DNA of 40,641 nucleotides, taken from Pseudomonadota bacterium. GTDB lineage: Bacteria; Desulfobacterota; Desulfobacteria; Desulfobacterales; JBDRRP01. The notes beneath the pieces were generated by a model, which did not search any database, had not been told where the DNA came from, and was given only the letters and a program-made list of their open reading frames with translations. The position numbers and the translations under genes are program-made. The stretch is from assembly GCA_043825735.1 (NCBI GenBank), contig JBDRRP010000072.1, positions 1 to 40,641 on the forward strand, given 5' to 3'. Shown here piece by piece: positions 28,519-38,003 of the stretch (its first letter is position 1; the number at the start of each line of letters is the position of its first letter).

Positions 28519-31500
28519 TCAGACTTTGTCTGCGCGGATCGTGGACAGGGTGTCGGCGAGCGTTGCGAGCGTGAAGGGCTTTTGTAGAAAACCGTGGGCG
28601 CCTTTTTCCAGAAGGCCTTCGGCGCTGCTGCCACTGCAGATGATGATCTTTGCGTTCGGCAGCAGAAGCTTCATGGCGGCAAGCAGTTCTTCACCGGAGA
28701 TGTCCGGCAGATGGATGTCGAGCATCACCATGGCGATGGCGTCCCGGTGTTTGATGGCCAAGGCCTTTGCAGTTCGGCCGTCTTCGGCGTCCATTACCCG
28801 GTAGCCGATGGCTTCCAGCAGTGCGTGGTTGACCTCCCTGACCAGTTCTTCGTCTTCCACCAGCAGGATGGTGTCAGCCTTGAGCGACGGCGATGCCACT
28901 GCCGCCGGAGACGGCGGTGGTGTATTCTCTTCTGCCGCGGCTTCAGGCAGCAGGATTCGGGCCGTGGTCCCCTTGCCAGGGGCGGAATCCACCGCCAGCC
29001 AGCCGTTGTGGTGGGATACGATCCCGAACACCGCTGCCATGCCCAATCCCCGCCCCTGGAACTTTGTGCTGAAAAAGGGTTCAAAAACGCGCTCCAGGGT
29101 ATCGGCGTCCATGCCGGCGCCGTTGTCGGTGATGGTGATTTGGGCATACGTTCCGGCCGGTACCGCGCTCCCGTGCCACACATCGCCCTCGGCGATGGCG
29201 ATTCGGGTCGTTCCAACGGTGATTCGGCCGTCGGATCGCTCGTGACCGATGGCTTCCGCGGCGTTCATCAGAATGGCTGAGATCGCCATCTGCATCTGCG
29301 CAGCATCGACGAGGATGGCGGTGTTGGCATTTACATCCGGGGTGACGACGATGTTTGTGGTGACGGTGTGCCGGACGATTTTCAGCACCTGCGCCACCAG
29401 CTCGGATGCCGTGAGCGCTTTGCGCTTGTATTTTCCTTCCTGAGCAAAGGCGATCAGTTGGTCCGTAAGACCGGTCATCCGCTGCGCCGACCGGCTCATG
29501 CGCTCAAGGTTTTCCCTGGCGTTGCCGGCCGTGGCCAGCGGGTCCATTTCCAGCAGGCTGATGCCGCTGATGATGACATTGAGCGCATTGTTGAACTGGT
29601 GAGCCACGCCGCCGGCGAGGGTGGCGATGGTTTCCATGCGGCGGGCGTGATGGAGACGACGCTCAAGGTTCTCTTTTTCTTTTCGGTGCTGTGCCCGGCG
29701 GGTAACGTCTTCAGCGATTCCCACGAGCCGGGAGATGGTGCCGTCGGCGGCGATGACCGGGTAGGTGCGGTTGATCACCCACCGGATGGTGCCGTCGGGC
29801 CAAACGAGTCTGAATTCGTCGGTGGTGGTGTCGCCGAGCAGGTGTTTGACCCGGCCGTCTCTGACCCGGTCCACGTCATCGGGGTGAATGGGGTCGTACC
29901 ATTTCTGGGGATTGGCCAGCAGGGCCGCCACCGGTTGTTTCCAGATGGTCTCGTACGCCGGGCTCGCGTAAAGAAACCGGCCGGAGTCCGGTGCGGCGAG
30001 CCAGACCACTTCCCTCAGATTTTCCGCCATCTGCCGGAACCGCTCTTCACTTTCCTTCAGCGCGGCTTCTGCCAGCTTGCGCTGGGTGATGGGCACCACC
30101 AACTCGAGGGCGGCCGCCACGCTTCCGTCTTCCCGCAAAATGGGGGTGGCGATGATCTCGGACCAGAAGGGATCGCCCTTGGCATCCGTGCCTTTCTGTT
30201 CATGCAAAATCATCTCTTTTCCGGTTTCGAAAACCTCCCTGACGCCGCAGTCGGGGCAGACGGTATCGCGCTGATTGTAGACCCGGTGGCAGGGTTTTCC
30301 CTCCACGTCGCCGAAGATGTCTTTGATGACGCTGTTGGCCCAGATGGTCTTGTATTCCGGGGAGATCACCACCAGGCCCGCGCCCATGCTGCGCGTGATG
30401 ATGTCCAGGGTATCGCGCTCCGCCTTGACGGCGCGCTCGGCCCGTTCGCGTTCCCTGACCTCGGTCTCCAGATTCCGGTTCGCCGCCTGCAGCTTCTGCT
30501 GGTGGTGGTCCAGGGTGTTGAAGGCGTCGGCATACCGGCTGGCCAGCACCAGGGCCTGGCACATGATGAAAACGAACAGACCGGCCGGCAGCATATAGAC
30601 AGACTGGATGATAAGACGGGAATAGAGGATGTCGTTGGCGCCGGCGGCCGCCAGCGCGGCAAACCCCAGCAGCAGGGGCAGGGCGCCCTGCTCGCGTCGC
30701 TTGAGCGCGATGACGAGAATGAAGAGTCCATAGATCAGCAGCGCCAGGGTTATCCACTGGTAGGGGGCCATGGTGTGACTGTACACGCTGACCGGCGTCA
30801 CCAGGACCACGGTCGTCAGTGCCAGGGCCAGGATGCCCACGGCGTTGACCGCGCGGCGGGGGCAGATATCGCCATACAGCGCCCTGAGCACCAGACCGAA
30901 CAGCGGCACACACAGGTAAAAAGAGATATATTCGATCTTCTCCAGCAGGCCCCAGTTGAAACCGGGAAAGCCGGCCATGATGATCCGCTCGCCGGTGGTG
31001 AGGCTGCGTGCGGCCACGGCGAGACAGAAGAGACCGAAATACAGCGGTGCCCGCTCCTGCCGGCGCGAAACAAAGAGCCCCAGGTGGTAGATGCCGATGA
31101 TCAGGATGGCGCCGAAGAGAAACCACTGGTGGCCCGCCCGTGATTCCCGCTCCATGACAAGATCTTTAAAAACGCCAAGACGAATGGGTTCCCACAGCCC
31201 TCCCAGCCGGTGGTGGTAATTGGACACCCAGATGACGATATCCACCGCAGGGCCCAGGGCGGGAAGGCTTACGACACCGGGTGTGTAGGCCGGTGTGCTG
31301 TCATCGCGGCCCTTGCCGGGGACGCCCTGAGAGAATACCGCCTTGCCGTTGACAAATACCCGGCATGCGGTGGCCGCATCGAGTATTTTAAGACCCAGAT
31401 CGTTGCCCTGTGCGGCCAGGCGCAGTCGAAGGCGGTACGTGGCCTGGCCCTGCCCGCCGAGCGGCAGACCATTCACCCGGAGCCCGTTCCATGTCCCAGG

Positions 31501-31753
31501 TACGGGCGCGGGTTGCAAGGGTATTTCGATAGCGCCCTCGCCAAACCGTTCAGGGGCTACAAAGGTGTCCCAGTAGAATTGCCATGTGCCGTTGAGGGAA
31601 ACCGGACCGTCAGCGGCGGCATTCCAGCCGCTGACGGTCCATCGTGCCGTTCACGGCGTTTATATCTTCCCGAGTGACATGGCCACAGGCGCCGGCTGCG
31701 GTCAACAGGCAGGTTGCGATCAGGATGAAGAGATGCGTTCGAAAGGTCGTCAT
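28519..31753 (-). pseudogene. 7TM-DISM-type / PAS hybrid histidine kinase with +1 frameshift near the N-terminus
   Basis: ATG 31753 gives signal peptide MTTFRTHLFILIATCLL...AVNGTMD; one extra base at about 31636, then SGWNAAADGPVSLNGTWQFYW continues in the frame of ORF 28519..31518 (TM region, PAS, AHQFNN H-box, REC). Confidence 0.8.
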
Positions 31754-31846
31754 TGGTGACAATTGTAAGAATAACCCGGGCCGAATACAAGCGCATAAAT
31801 GATGGCGTGTGATGATTTGGGCTGTTTCAGCCGGCGCTGTTCACCC

Positions 31847-33649
31847 CTAATAGACAAACCGTATCACTGCCGTGAGCACGACCAGGTAGATGACGGTGAG
31901 CGGGGCTCCGGCTTTGAGAAAGTCACGGCTCCGGTAACGGGCCGGGCCCATGTAAAGGGCGTTGACCTGGTGGGTGGGGAGCATAAAGGAGTTGGAGGCG
32001 GCAAGACCCACCACCATGGCCGCCAGCCGCGGGTCGGCGCCCACATCGAGGGCAAGGCTCACCACCAGCGGCACCAGCAGCACGGTGGCCCCCACGTTGG
32101 AGACCACCAGGGTGAACACCGTGGTGATGGTGCCGATGATGAAAATAAAGAGTGTGGGGGACGGGACACCGATGAAATCAACGATTTCCAGAGCCATCCA
32201 TTGGGCCGCTCCGGTTTTTTCCATGGCCATGCCGAGGGGAATCAGGCCGGCAAGGAGAAAGACCGTTCGCCAGTCGATGCTCTGGTAGGCATCATCGATG
32301 GTGACGACCTTCAGAAGAATCATGCCCACGGCGCCGGCCAGAAGACAAACGGCCAGTTTGAGCGAGGAAAAAATCACCAGCGCGGTGGCCAGGCCAAAGC
32401 AGGCGGCGGCGGACCAGGCTTTGTGGGGCTCCAGGATTTCGTGGTCCAGGGAATGGCTGAATATCAGGTCCTGGCGGTTTCTGAACTGTTTGAACTGATC
32501 CCACTTGCCGTGCATGAGAATGGCATCGCCGGGGTGAAGGATCTGTTCGGCCAGGCTGGTGTAAATGGCGTGGTTCTCCCGAAAGAGCGCCAGGGGGGCC
32601 AGCAGGTGGTTATGGCGAAAGTGGATGTCGTGGAGCGTCTGACCGGCAAAGCGGGAGTGCGGGGCCACGACGGCCTCGACGACACCGCGGTAATCGCTGG
32701 AAAGGGCGTCGGCAAAGACGGTGAGCTCGGACAGCAGTTCAAAGCCGTACTCGCGCGCAGCAGCCGCCACGCTTTCGGCAGTGGCATAGACCGCAATGCG
32801 CGAGCCCGGTTTCACCGCGGCATTTCGGGGCGGGGGGATCAGCGGCAGTCTGCCGCTGGGATCCTGAAGCGCCACGGTGTGGACATTGAACCGGTCGCAC
32901 AGCTCACAGACCGTCGGTGCCACGGCGCCGGTGGGCGGATAGACGATTTCAAACAAGGCCTGGACCTGGTCATAATAATTGGCCGCCGGCGTCATCTCTC
33001 CGCCGGCCTCCGATGCTTCAGTGGTTTTGGGCAACACCTGGCCGCCCACCAGAACGAAATAGACGATGCCCGTGACCACCAGGGCGATGCCGGCGGGCAT
33101 GACGCTGTATAGACTGAGGGCTTTGAGACCGAATGGCGCCATCAGGTCGTTGAGCATGATCAGCGGGCTGGAGCCCACCAGCGTGATGGTCCCGCCGAGA
33201 ATGGCTGAAAACCCCACCGGCATGAGGATCCGCGACAGGGGCACACCGCTGCGGCGGCTGATGCGTCGGATGGCCGGCAGAAACAGGGCGGCCGCCCCGA
33301 CATTTTGCATGACGCTGGAGATGAAGGCGACGGTGATGGACAACAGGGGTACAATTCGGGTGGAGCGGTCACCGCTCAATTTAACCAGGGGCTGCACCAC
33401 CCGGTTGATGACACCGGTGTGATCCAGGCCGCGGCCGATGATCATGACGGCCATGATGGAGACCACGGCATTGCCGGAAAGTCCGCTGAAGGCCTCAGAA
33501 GCGGTCACCAGCCCCAGGACCGGGAGCAGGACCATGACCATGAGGGCGACCACGTCCACGCGCACCCATTCCAGTAGAAACAGCGCAATGACGCCGGCGG
33601 TTACGGCAAAAACGAGCAGCATATCACCTGTCAGTCCGGTCGCGGGCAT
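31847..33649 (-). CDS. SLC13/DASS-family permease with TrkA-C domains
   Basis: TAAGGAG RBS; MQNVGAAALFLP, ILGGTITLVGSS, VSNVGATVLLVP, AASNSFMLPTHQVN. Confidence 0.9.
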   Translation of the reverse strand: MPATGLTGDMLLVFAVTAGVIALFLLEWVRVDVVALMVMVLLPVLGLVTASEAFSGLSGNAVVSIMAVMIIGRGLDHTGVINRVVQPLVKLSGDRSTRIVPLLSITVAFISSVMQNVGAAALFLPAIRRISRRSGVPLSRILMPVGFSAILGGTITLVGSSPLIMLNDLMAPFGLKALSLYSVMPAGIALVVTGIVYFVLVGGQVLPKTTEASEAGGEMTPAANYYDQVQALFEIVYPPTGAVAPTVCELCDRFNVHTVALQDPSGRLPLIPPPRNAAVKPGSRIAVYATAESVAAAAREYGFELLSELTVFADALSSDYRGVVEAVVAPHSRFAGQTLHDIHFRHNHLLAPLALFRENHAIYTSLAEQILHPGDAILMHGKWDQFKQFRNRQDLIFSHSLDHEILEPHKAWSAAACFGLATALVIFSSLKLAVCLLAGAVGMILLKVVTIDDAYQSIDWRTVFLLAGLIPLGMAMEKTGAAQWMALEIVDFIGVPSPTLFIFIIGTITTVFTLVVSNVGATVLLVPLVVSLALDVGADPRLAAMVVGLAASNSFMLPTHQVNALYMGPARYRSRDFLKAGAPLTVIYLVVLTAVIRFVY

Positions 33650-33849
33650 GTCTGACTCCTTAATGGTAGGGGTGGGATCGGGGCCGGCTGTTTTTATTCG
33701 GGGCCCCCGCTGAGACAATGGTTACATGGCACCGAGCATCGACAGTGGCGACAACCGGTTTATACTAAAAGAAGTCACTTGCAGGGTCAACAGCACCCGC
33801 CCTGAACCAGCATGGCGAGCGAATCAAATTGGGCAGTATGCCTTACTGG

Positions 33850-33884
33850 GAAGATTGCCCCGCAGCTTGCTGCGGGGAGCCTTC
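33850..33884. repeat. REP-like GC-rich palindrome
   Basis: gaagattg-ccccgcagc-tt-gctgcgggg-agccttc; perfect 9-bp stem at 33858-33877 between divergent genes. Confidence 0.7.
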
Positions 33885-33984
33885 AATCGCGATTCTCTCC
33901 GGTGTCCGCTGTGCTTGCAATGCCACCCCAGACCCTGTAGAAATGGCCTTAACCAGTCTCGAATGCCAATGAAGAGGTTACGTC

Positions 33985-35289
33985 ATGCCGCCGGAATCCC
34001 TATCCAAACCCCAGTTTCCCTATCCCGTTTTCCACGAGGCACGGAGCCGGTTTTCCAACGGGGTGATCATCGACATCGCTGCCGCGGTGGACGCCGCCGT
34101 TGAGTCCGCGCTGCCGGGCAGCGGCATCGTTCCGGGAGACAGCGTGGCCGTGGCCGTGGGCAGCCGGGGGATTACCGGGATCGCGCAGGTGGTCAGCCGG
34201 TTGTGCCGCCGGCTCACCGACGCCGGCGCCCGGCCGGTTATCGTGCCGGCCATGGGGAGCCACGGCGGGGCGAGCGCCGAAGGCCAGCGGCGCGTTCTCG
34301 AGGCTCTCGGGATCAGTGAGGCTGCCTGTGGCGCGCCGGTGAGAGCCGCCATGGACACGCAGGTGGTCACGTCCGTTCTGGACGGGGTGCCCGTTCATGT
34401 GGCCACCGAAGCCCTGCGCTGCCGCCATACGGTCCTTGTCAACCGGATCAAGCCACACACCAAGTTCAAGGCCCCGTTGGAAAGCGGTCTTTATAAAATG
34501 CTCGTCGTGGGTCTGGGCAAACATGCCGGAGCGCGCGTCTGGCACCAGTGGGCCATCCGCTATGGCTTTTACCCATTGTTGGAAGCCATGGGTGATGCCG
34601 CTTTGGCTGCTGCCAATGTCCGCTTCGGGATTGCCATCGTGGAAAACGCCGCCCACCAGCCACTGGTTATCGAGGCCGTGAGCGCCGAGCGGATGAAAGC
34701 GCGTGAAGCGGCGTTGCTGGCCGAGGCCAAGTCCCATTTTCCGAAGCTGCCGTTTCGGCGGTTGGACGCCCTGGTCATCGGCCGCGCCGGAAAGGACATC
34801 AGCGGCGCCGGCATGGACCCCAATGTCACGGGGCGGGCTTACGATCTCAATGAAGAGGGCTTCGGCGACATCCTGCAGGCAACCCGTCTGGCCGTTCTGG
34901 ACCTCAGCGAAAAGACCGGGGGCAACGCCATCGGCATCGGAAATGCCGACTTCATCACCGGGCGCGTGTTCGAGAAGATGGACGTCGATGTGACCCAGGT
35001 CAACGCACTGACCAGTCTGTCGATCCGAAAAGGAGCCATTCCCATCCGTCTTCACAGCGAAGCGGCGGCGATTCAGGCCTGTTTTACCACCATCGGCCCG
35101 GTGCCGCCGGAAGCCGCTCGGGTGGTGATCATCCGCGATACCCGCGATCTTAATCCGTTTTGGGTCAGCGCCGCTCTGGTGCCGGAATTGACGGCGCTTG
35201 CCCATGTGGACATTTGCGCGCCGCAGCCGCTGGTGTTCGATGCTGACGGCCGTTTGAAATGGCCGCCGTGTCATTTTGCTGGGGATTGA
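33985..35289 (+). CDS. LarA-like (lactate racemase N-terminal / DUF2088-DUF362 type) protein
   Basis: VAVAVGSRGI, VPAMGSHGGA, VNRIKPHT, ESGLYKMLVVGLGK, GKDISGAGMDPNVTGR. Confidence 0.75.
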   Translation: MPPESLSKPQFPYPVFHEARSRFSNGVIIDIAAAVDAAVESALPGSGIVPGDSVAVAVGSRGITGIAQVVSRLCRRLTDAGARPVIVPAMGSHGGASAEGQRRVLEALGISEAACGAPVRAAMDTQVVTSVLDGVPVHVATEALRCRHTVLVNRIKPHTKFKAPLESGLYKMLVVGLGKHAGARVWHQWAIRYGFYPLLEAMGDAALAAANVRFGIAIVENAAHQPLVIEAVSAERMKAREAALLAEAKSHFPKLPFRRLDALVIGRAGKDISGAGMDPNVTGRAYDLNEEGFGDILQATRLAVLDLSEKTGGNAIGIGNADFITGRVFEKMDVDVTQVNALTSLSIRKGAIPIRLHSEAAAIQACFTTIGPVPPEAARVVIIRDTRDLNPFWVSAALVPELTALAHVDICAPQPLVFDADGRLKWPPCHFAGD

Positions 35290-35314
35290 CAACAGTCGGC
35301 CAGTTCTTTATAAC
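35286..35314 (+). promoter_or_regulatory. Sigma70 promoter upstream of dynamin-like gene
   Basis: TTGACA-N17-TATAAC. Confidence 0.7.
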
Positions 35315-35396
35315 CTATCGAACTTATTTCTATTTTTTATGATTCCCCCTGCGGCTGGAGCGGTGCCGCACTGCCGGGGAAGAGAGGGCCGGACCC

Positions 35397-37112
35397 GTGA
35401 GCACATCCATGATCGACGCGACCTTCGAGCAGTTCCGCTCTGAGGCGGTGACCTGGCTCAAGGACCTCCAGGGGCTGATCCGGGAGATCCAAAACCAGCG
35501 CTTGGAAGAGATTGTCAGCGACATGCGGATCCATGCCGGGGAGCCGTTTCTGTTCGTGGTGGTCGGCGAAATCAAGGCGGGCAAGAGCAGCTTCATCAAT
35601 GCCCTGGTGGGAGAATCCATCTGTGCGGTGGACCCTGCGCCGTGCACCGACATGGTCCAGGAAATCGTCTACGCCTCCGAGAAGACCGATACCCGAATCA
35701 GCCCGCATCTGCGTCGCATCGGCCTGCCCGTGGACATCTTGCGGCAGGTGGCCATCGTGGACACGCCGGGCACCAACACCATTATTCGCCACCACCACGA
35801 GATCACGGAGCGGTTCATTCCCAACAGTGGACTGGTGCTGTTCGTCTTCCCGGCCAAAAATCCGCACACCCTATCGGCCTGGGAGCTCTTGGACATGGTC
35901 AAGGACGAATGGCGCAAACGCGTCGTCTTCATCCTTCAGCAGGCCGATCTCGCCACTGAAGACGAACTGCGCGTCAACCGGCAGAAGGTGGCCGAATACG
36001 CCAGGGCGCGGGGCATTGACGCGCCGGTCGTCTTTACCACCTCCGCCCGCCTCGAAATGGCGGGGGACCCGGGCAGCGGCTTCGAGGACATCCGCCGGTT
36101 CATTCGGGAGACCGTTACCGGCGGCAGGCATTACAGCCTCAAACTGATGGCACTGCTCGACAGCGGCGAGCAGGTGCTCAAACAGGTTTACGACGCCCTG
36201 CAGGAGATCCGCCGGGTGCTGGACAGCGACCACGGTCTTGCCGAGCGCCTGCGGCGCCTGCTCGATCAGGCTGAAACGGATCTGCAAAAGGATATCCGCT
36301 TTCTTCTGGACCGTCTGCTCGATCAGTACGACCGCATCGGCATCCAGATCAAGAGGGAGTTCGAGGCGGGGCTGTCGGTGGGCGCGCTTTATAAGCGTGC
36401 GTTCAGCGGGACGTTCAGCCGGCGCCAGTCCGTTCAGGGGTGGCTGGAGGGGCTGCAAAAGCAGTTTCAGGACCGTGTGGGCGTTGCGCTGGAAGATGTC
36501 ATCCAGGAAGGGGCGCGTCATTTTACCGAGAACCTTAAACAACTGGCCGATGAATTGGCCCAAGCGCTCAAGACCGGCGACAGCCCGCCGCAAGCCGCTG
36601 TCGTGCCTGCCATCGGCGCCGACCGCGACGACATGGTCCGCGACATCCGTGAGAAAGTGCGTGAACTGGTGGGCACCGAGTTCGCCGCCCAGGTGCTCCA
36701 GGCAAAACCCGAAAACATGCCCTCGCAGCTCATGAGCGGCAGTGCACTAACCCTGGTTGGCGCCATTTTGCTGTCTACCACCCATGTGGCCTTCCTGGAT
36801 ATCACCGGCGGCATTCTCACCGGGCTGGGGATATTCATGGCCGGCGGCGTGCTCATGGCCAAAAAGGCGAAGATCATCCGGGAATTCAACCGGAGCCTGC
36901 TCGATGGCCGGGACCGCTTCGAGGAGCAGTTGATCGGACGGCTCAAGACCAAGTTCGGTCTTGTGCAGGAAGGCGTGCGCCGCCGGGTGTCGCCGTTTTT
37001 CGAAAGCATTGAGAAACGCGAATCGCAGCTGGCCCCGCTCATGGCCGACGGCCAGTCGCTCCAGCAGCGCCTGGAAGACCTGCGCGGGCGGATGGCCGAG
37101 TATGCGTTTTAG
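35397..37112 (+). CDS. Bacterial dynamin-like GTPase
   Basis: G1 GEIKAGKS, G2 CT, G3 DTPG, G4-like QQAD; helical stalk; hydrophobic paddle LTLVGAILL...ITGGILTGLGIFMAGGVL. Confidence 0.85.
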   Translation: MSTSMIDATFEQFRSEAVTWLKDLQGLIREIQNQRLEEIVSDMRIHAGEPFLFVVVGEIKAGKSSFINALVGESICAVDPAPCTDMVQEIVYASEKTDTRISPHLRRIGLPVDILRQVAIVDTPGTNTIIRHHHEITERFIPNSGLVLFVFPAKNPHTLSAWELLDMVKDEWRKRVVFILQQADLATEDELRVNRQKVAEYARARGIDAPVVFTTSARLEMAGDPGSGFEDIRRFIRETVTGGRHYSLKLMALLDSGEQVLKQVYDALQEIRRVLDSDHGLAERLRRLLDQAETDLQKDIRFLLDRLLDQYDRIGIQIKREFEAGLSVGALYKRAFSGTFSRRQSVQGWLEGLQKQFQDRVGVALEDVIQEGARHFTENLKQLADELAQALKTGDSPPQAAVVPAIGADRDDMVRDIREKVRELVGTEFAAQVLQAKPENMPSQLMSGSALTLVGAILLSTTHVAFLDITGGILTGLGIFMAGGVLMAKKAKIIREFNRSLLDGRDRFEEQLIGRLKTKFGLVQEGVRRRVSPFFESIEKRESQLAPLMADGQSLQQRLEDLRGRMAEYAF

Positions 37113-37866
37113 ACCGTGCATCGATCTTCACGGCGGTGTGGTGAAGCAGATTGTCGGCGGCACCCTGACCGACAACGCGGCGCCGGACACCAACTTTCAG
37201 GCGGACAAACCCGCCGAGTGGTTTGCCGATCTCTATCGCCGAGATGGTCTTCGCGGGGGGCACATCATTCAACTCGGCCCGGGAAACGCAGCGGCTGCGC
37301 GCGCCGCACTGGCCGCATGGCCCGGCGGCATGCAGATCGGCGGCGGGATTAGCGCCGACAACGCGGCCGCCTGGCTGGATGCCGGCGCCAGCCATGTCAT
37401 TGTCACCTCCTTTGTCTTTCACGACGGGGTGGTGGACATGGACCGTCTCAAACGACTGGTGACGGCGGTGGGCCGAGATCGCCTGGTCCTGGACCTGAGC
37501 TGCCGGCGCACCTCAGGCGGCTACGTGGTGGTCACCGACCGATGGCAGACATTCACCCGTGAGCGCGTCGATGACGCTCTCATGGACGCCCTCGCCGCCC
37601 ACTGCGCCGAGTTTCTCATTCATGCCGTGGATGTGGAAGGAAAGTGCCGGGGGATTGAAACAGACCTGATGACGTTGCTGGGCCGGTGGACAGGTATCCC
37701 GGTCACCTACGCCGGAGGGATCCGTTCCATGGCGGATATTGCCGCCATCGATACTTTGAGCCGGGGGCGGATAGATTTCACAGTCGGCAGCGCTCTGGAT
37801 ATTTTCGGCGGCGCCGGGCTCAGCTACCGGGAAGTGGCCGATCTTTTCGGAGGCGCGGATGCCTGA
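37102..37866 (+). CDS. hisA: ProFAR isomerase, eukaryote-type (His6-like)
   Basis: MRFRPCIDLHGGVVKQIVGGTL, GGHIIQLGPGN, RLVLDLSCR, EFLIHAVDVEG, TVGSALDIFGG. Confidence 0.92.
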   Translation: MRFRPCIDLHGGVVKQIVGGTLTDNAAPDTNFQADKPAEWFADLYRRDGLRGGHIIQLGPGNAAAARAALAAWPGGMQIGGGISADNAAAWLDAGASHVIVTSFVFHDGVVDMDRLKRLVTAVGRDRLVLDLSCRRTSGGYVVVTDRWQTFTRERVDDALMDALAAHCAEFLIHAVDVEGKCRGIETDLMTLLGRWTGIPVTYAGGIRSMADIAAIDTLSRGRIDFTVGSALDIFGGAGLSYREVADLFGGADA

Positions 37867-38003
37867 TCGCGCCGTGGTGCCGGGCGGCGTCGATCCGCCC
37901 GCGCTCACCCGGCTGCGCCACGCGCTGCACCGTGAGCAGGAGCTATCAGGGCTGGAAGAAGAAAACCGGTAACGGATGCTGCCTGTACTGAAGGGAGTTT
38001 GAC

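Noticed and set aside
33726..34103. ORF spanning the SLC13/LarA-like intergenic region
   Set aside because: No recognisable motif; runs through a REP-like palindrome and overlaps the next gene out of frame
21276..35292. Long antisense ORFs (21276..22718, 29368..31143, 31799..33112, 34000..35292)
   Set aside because: Shadow ORFs opposite well-supported genes, expected at high GC; no recognisable motifs
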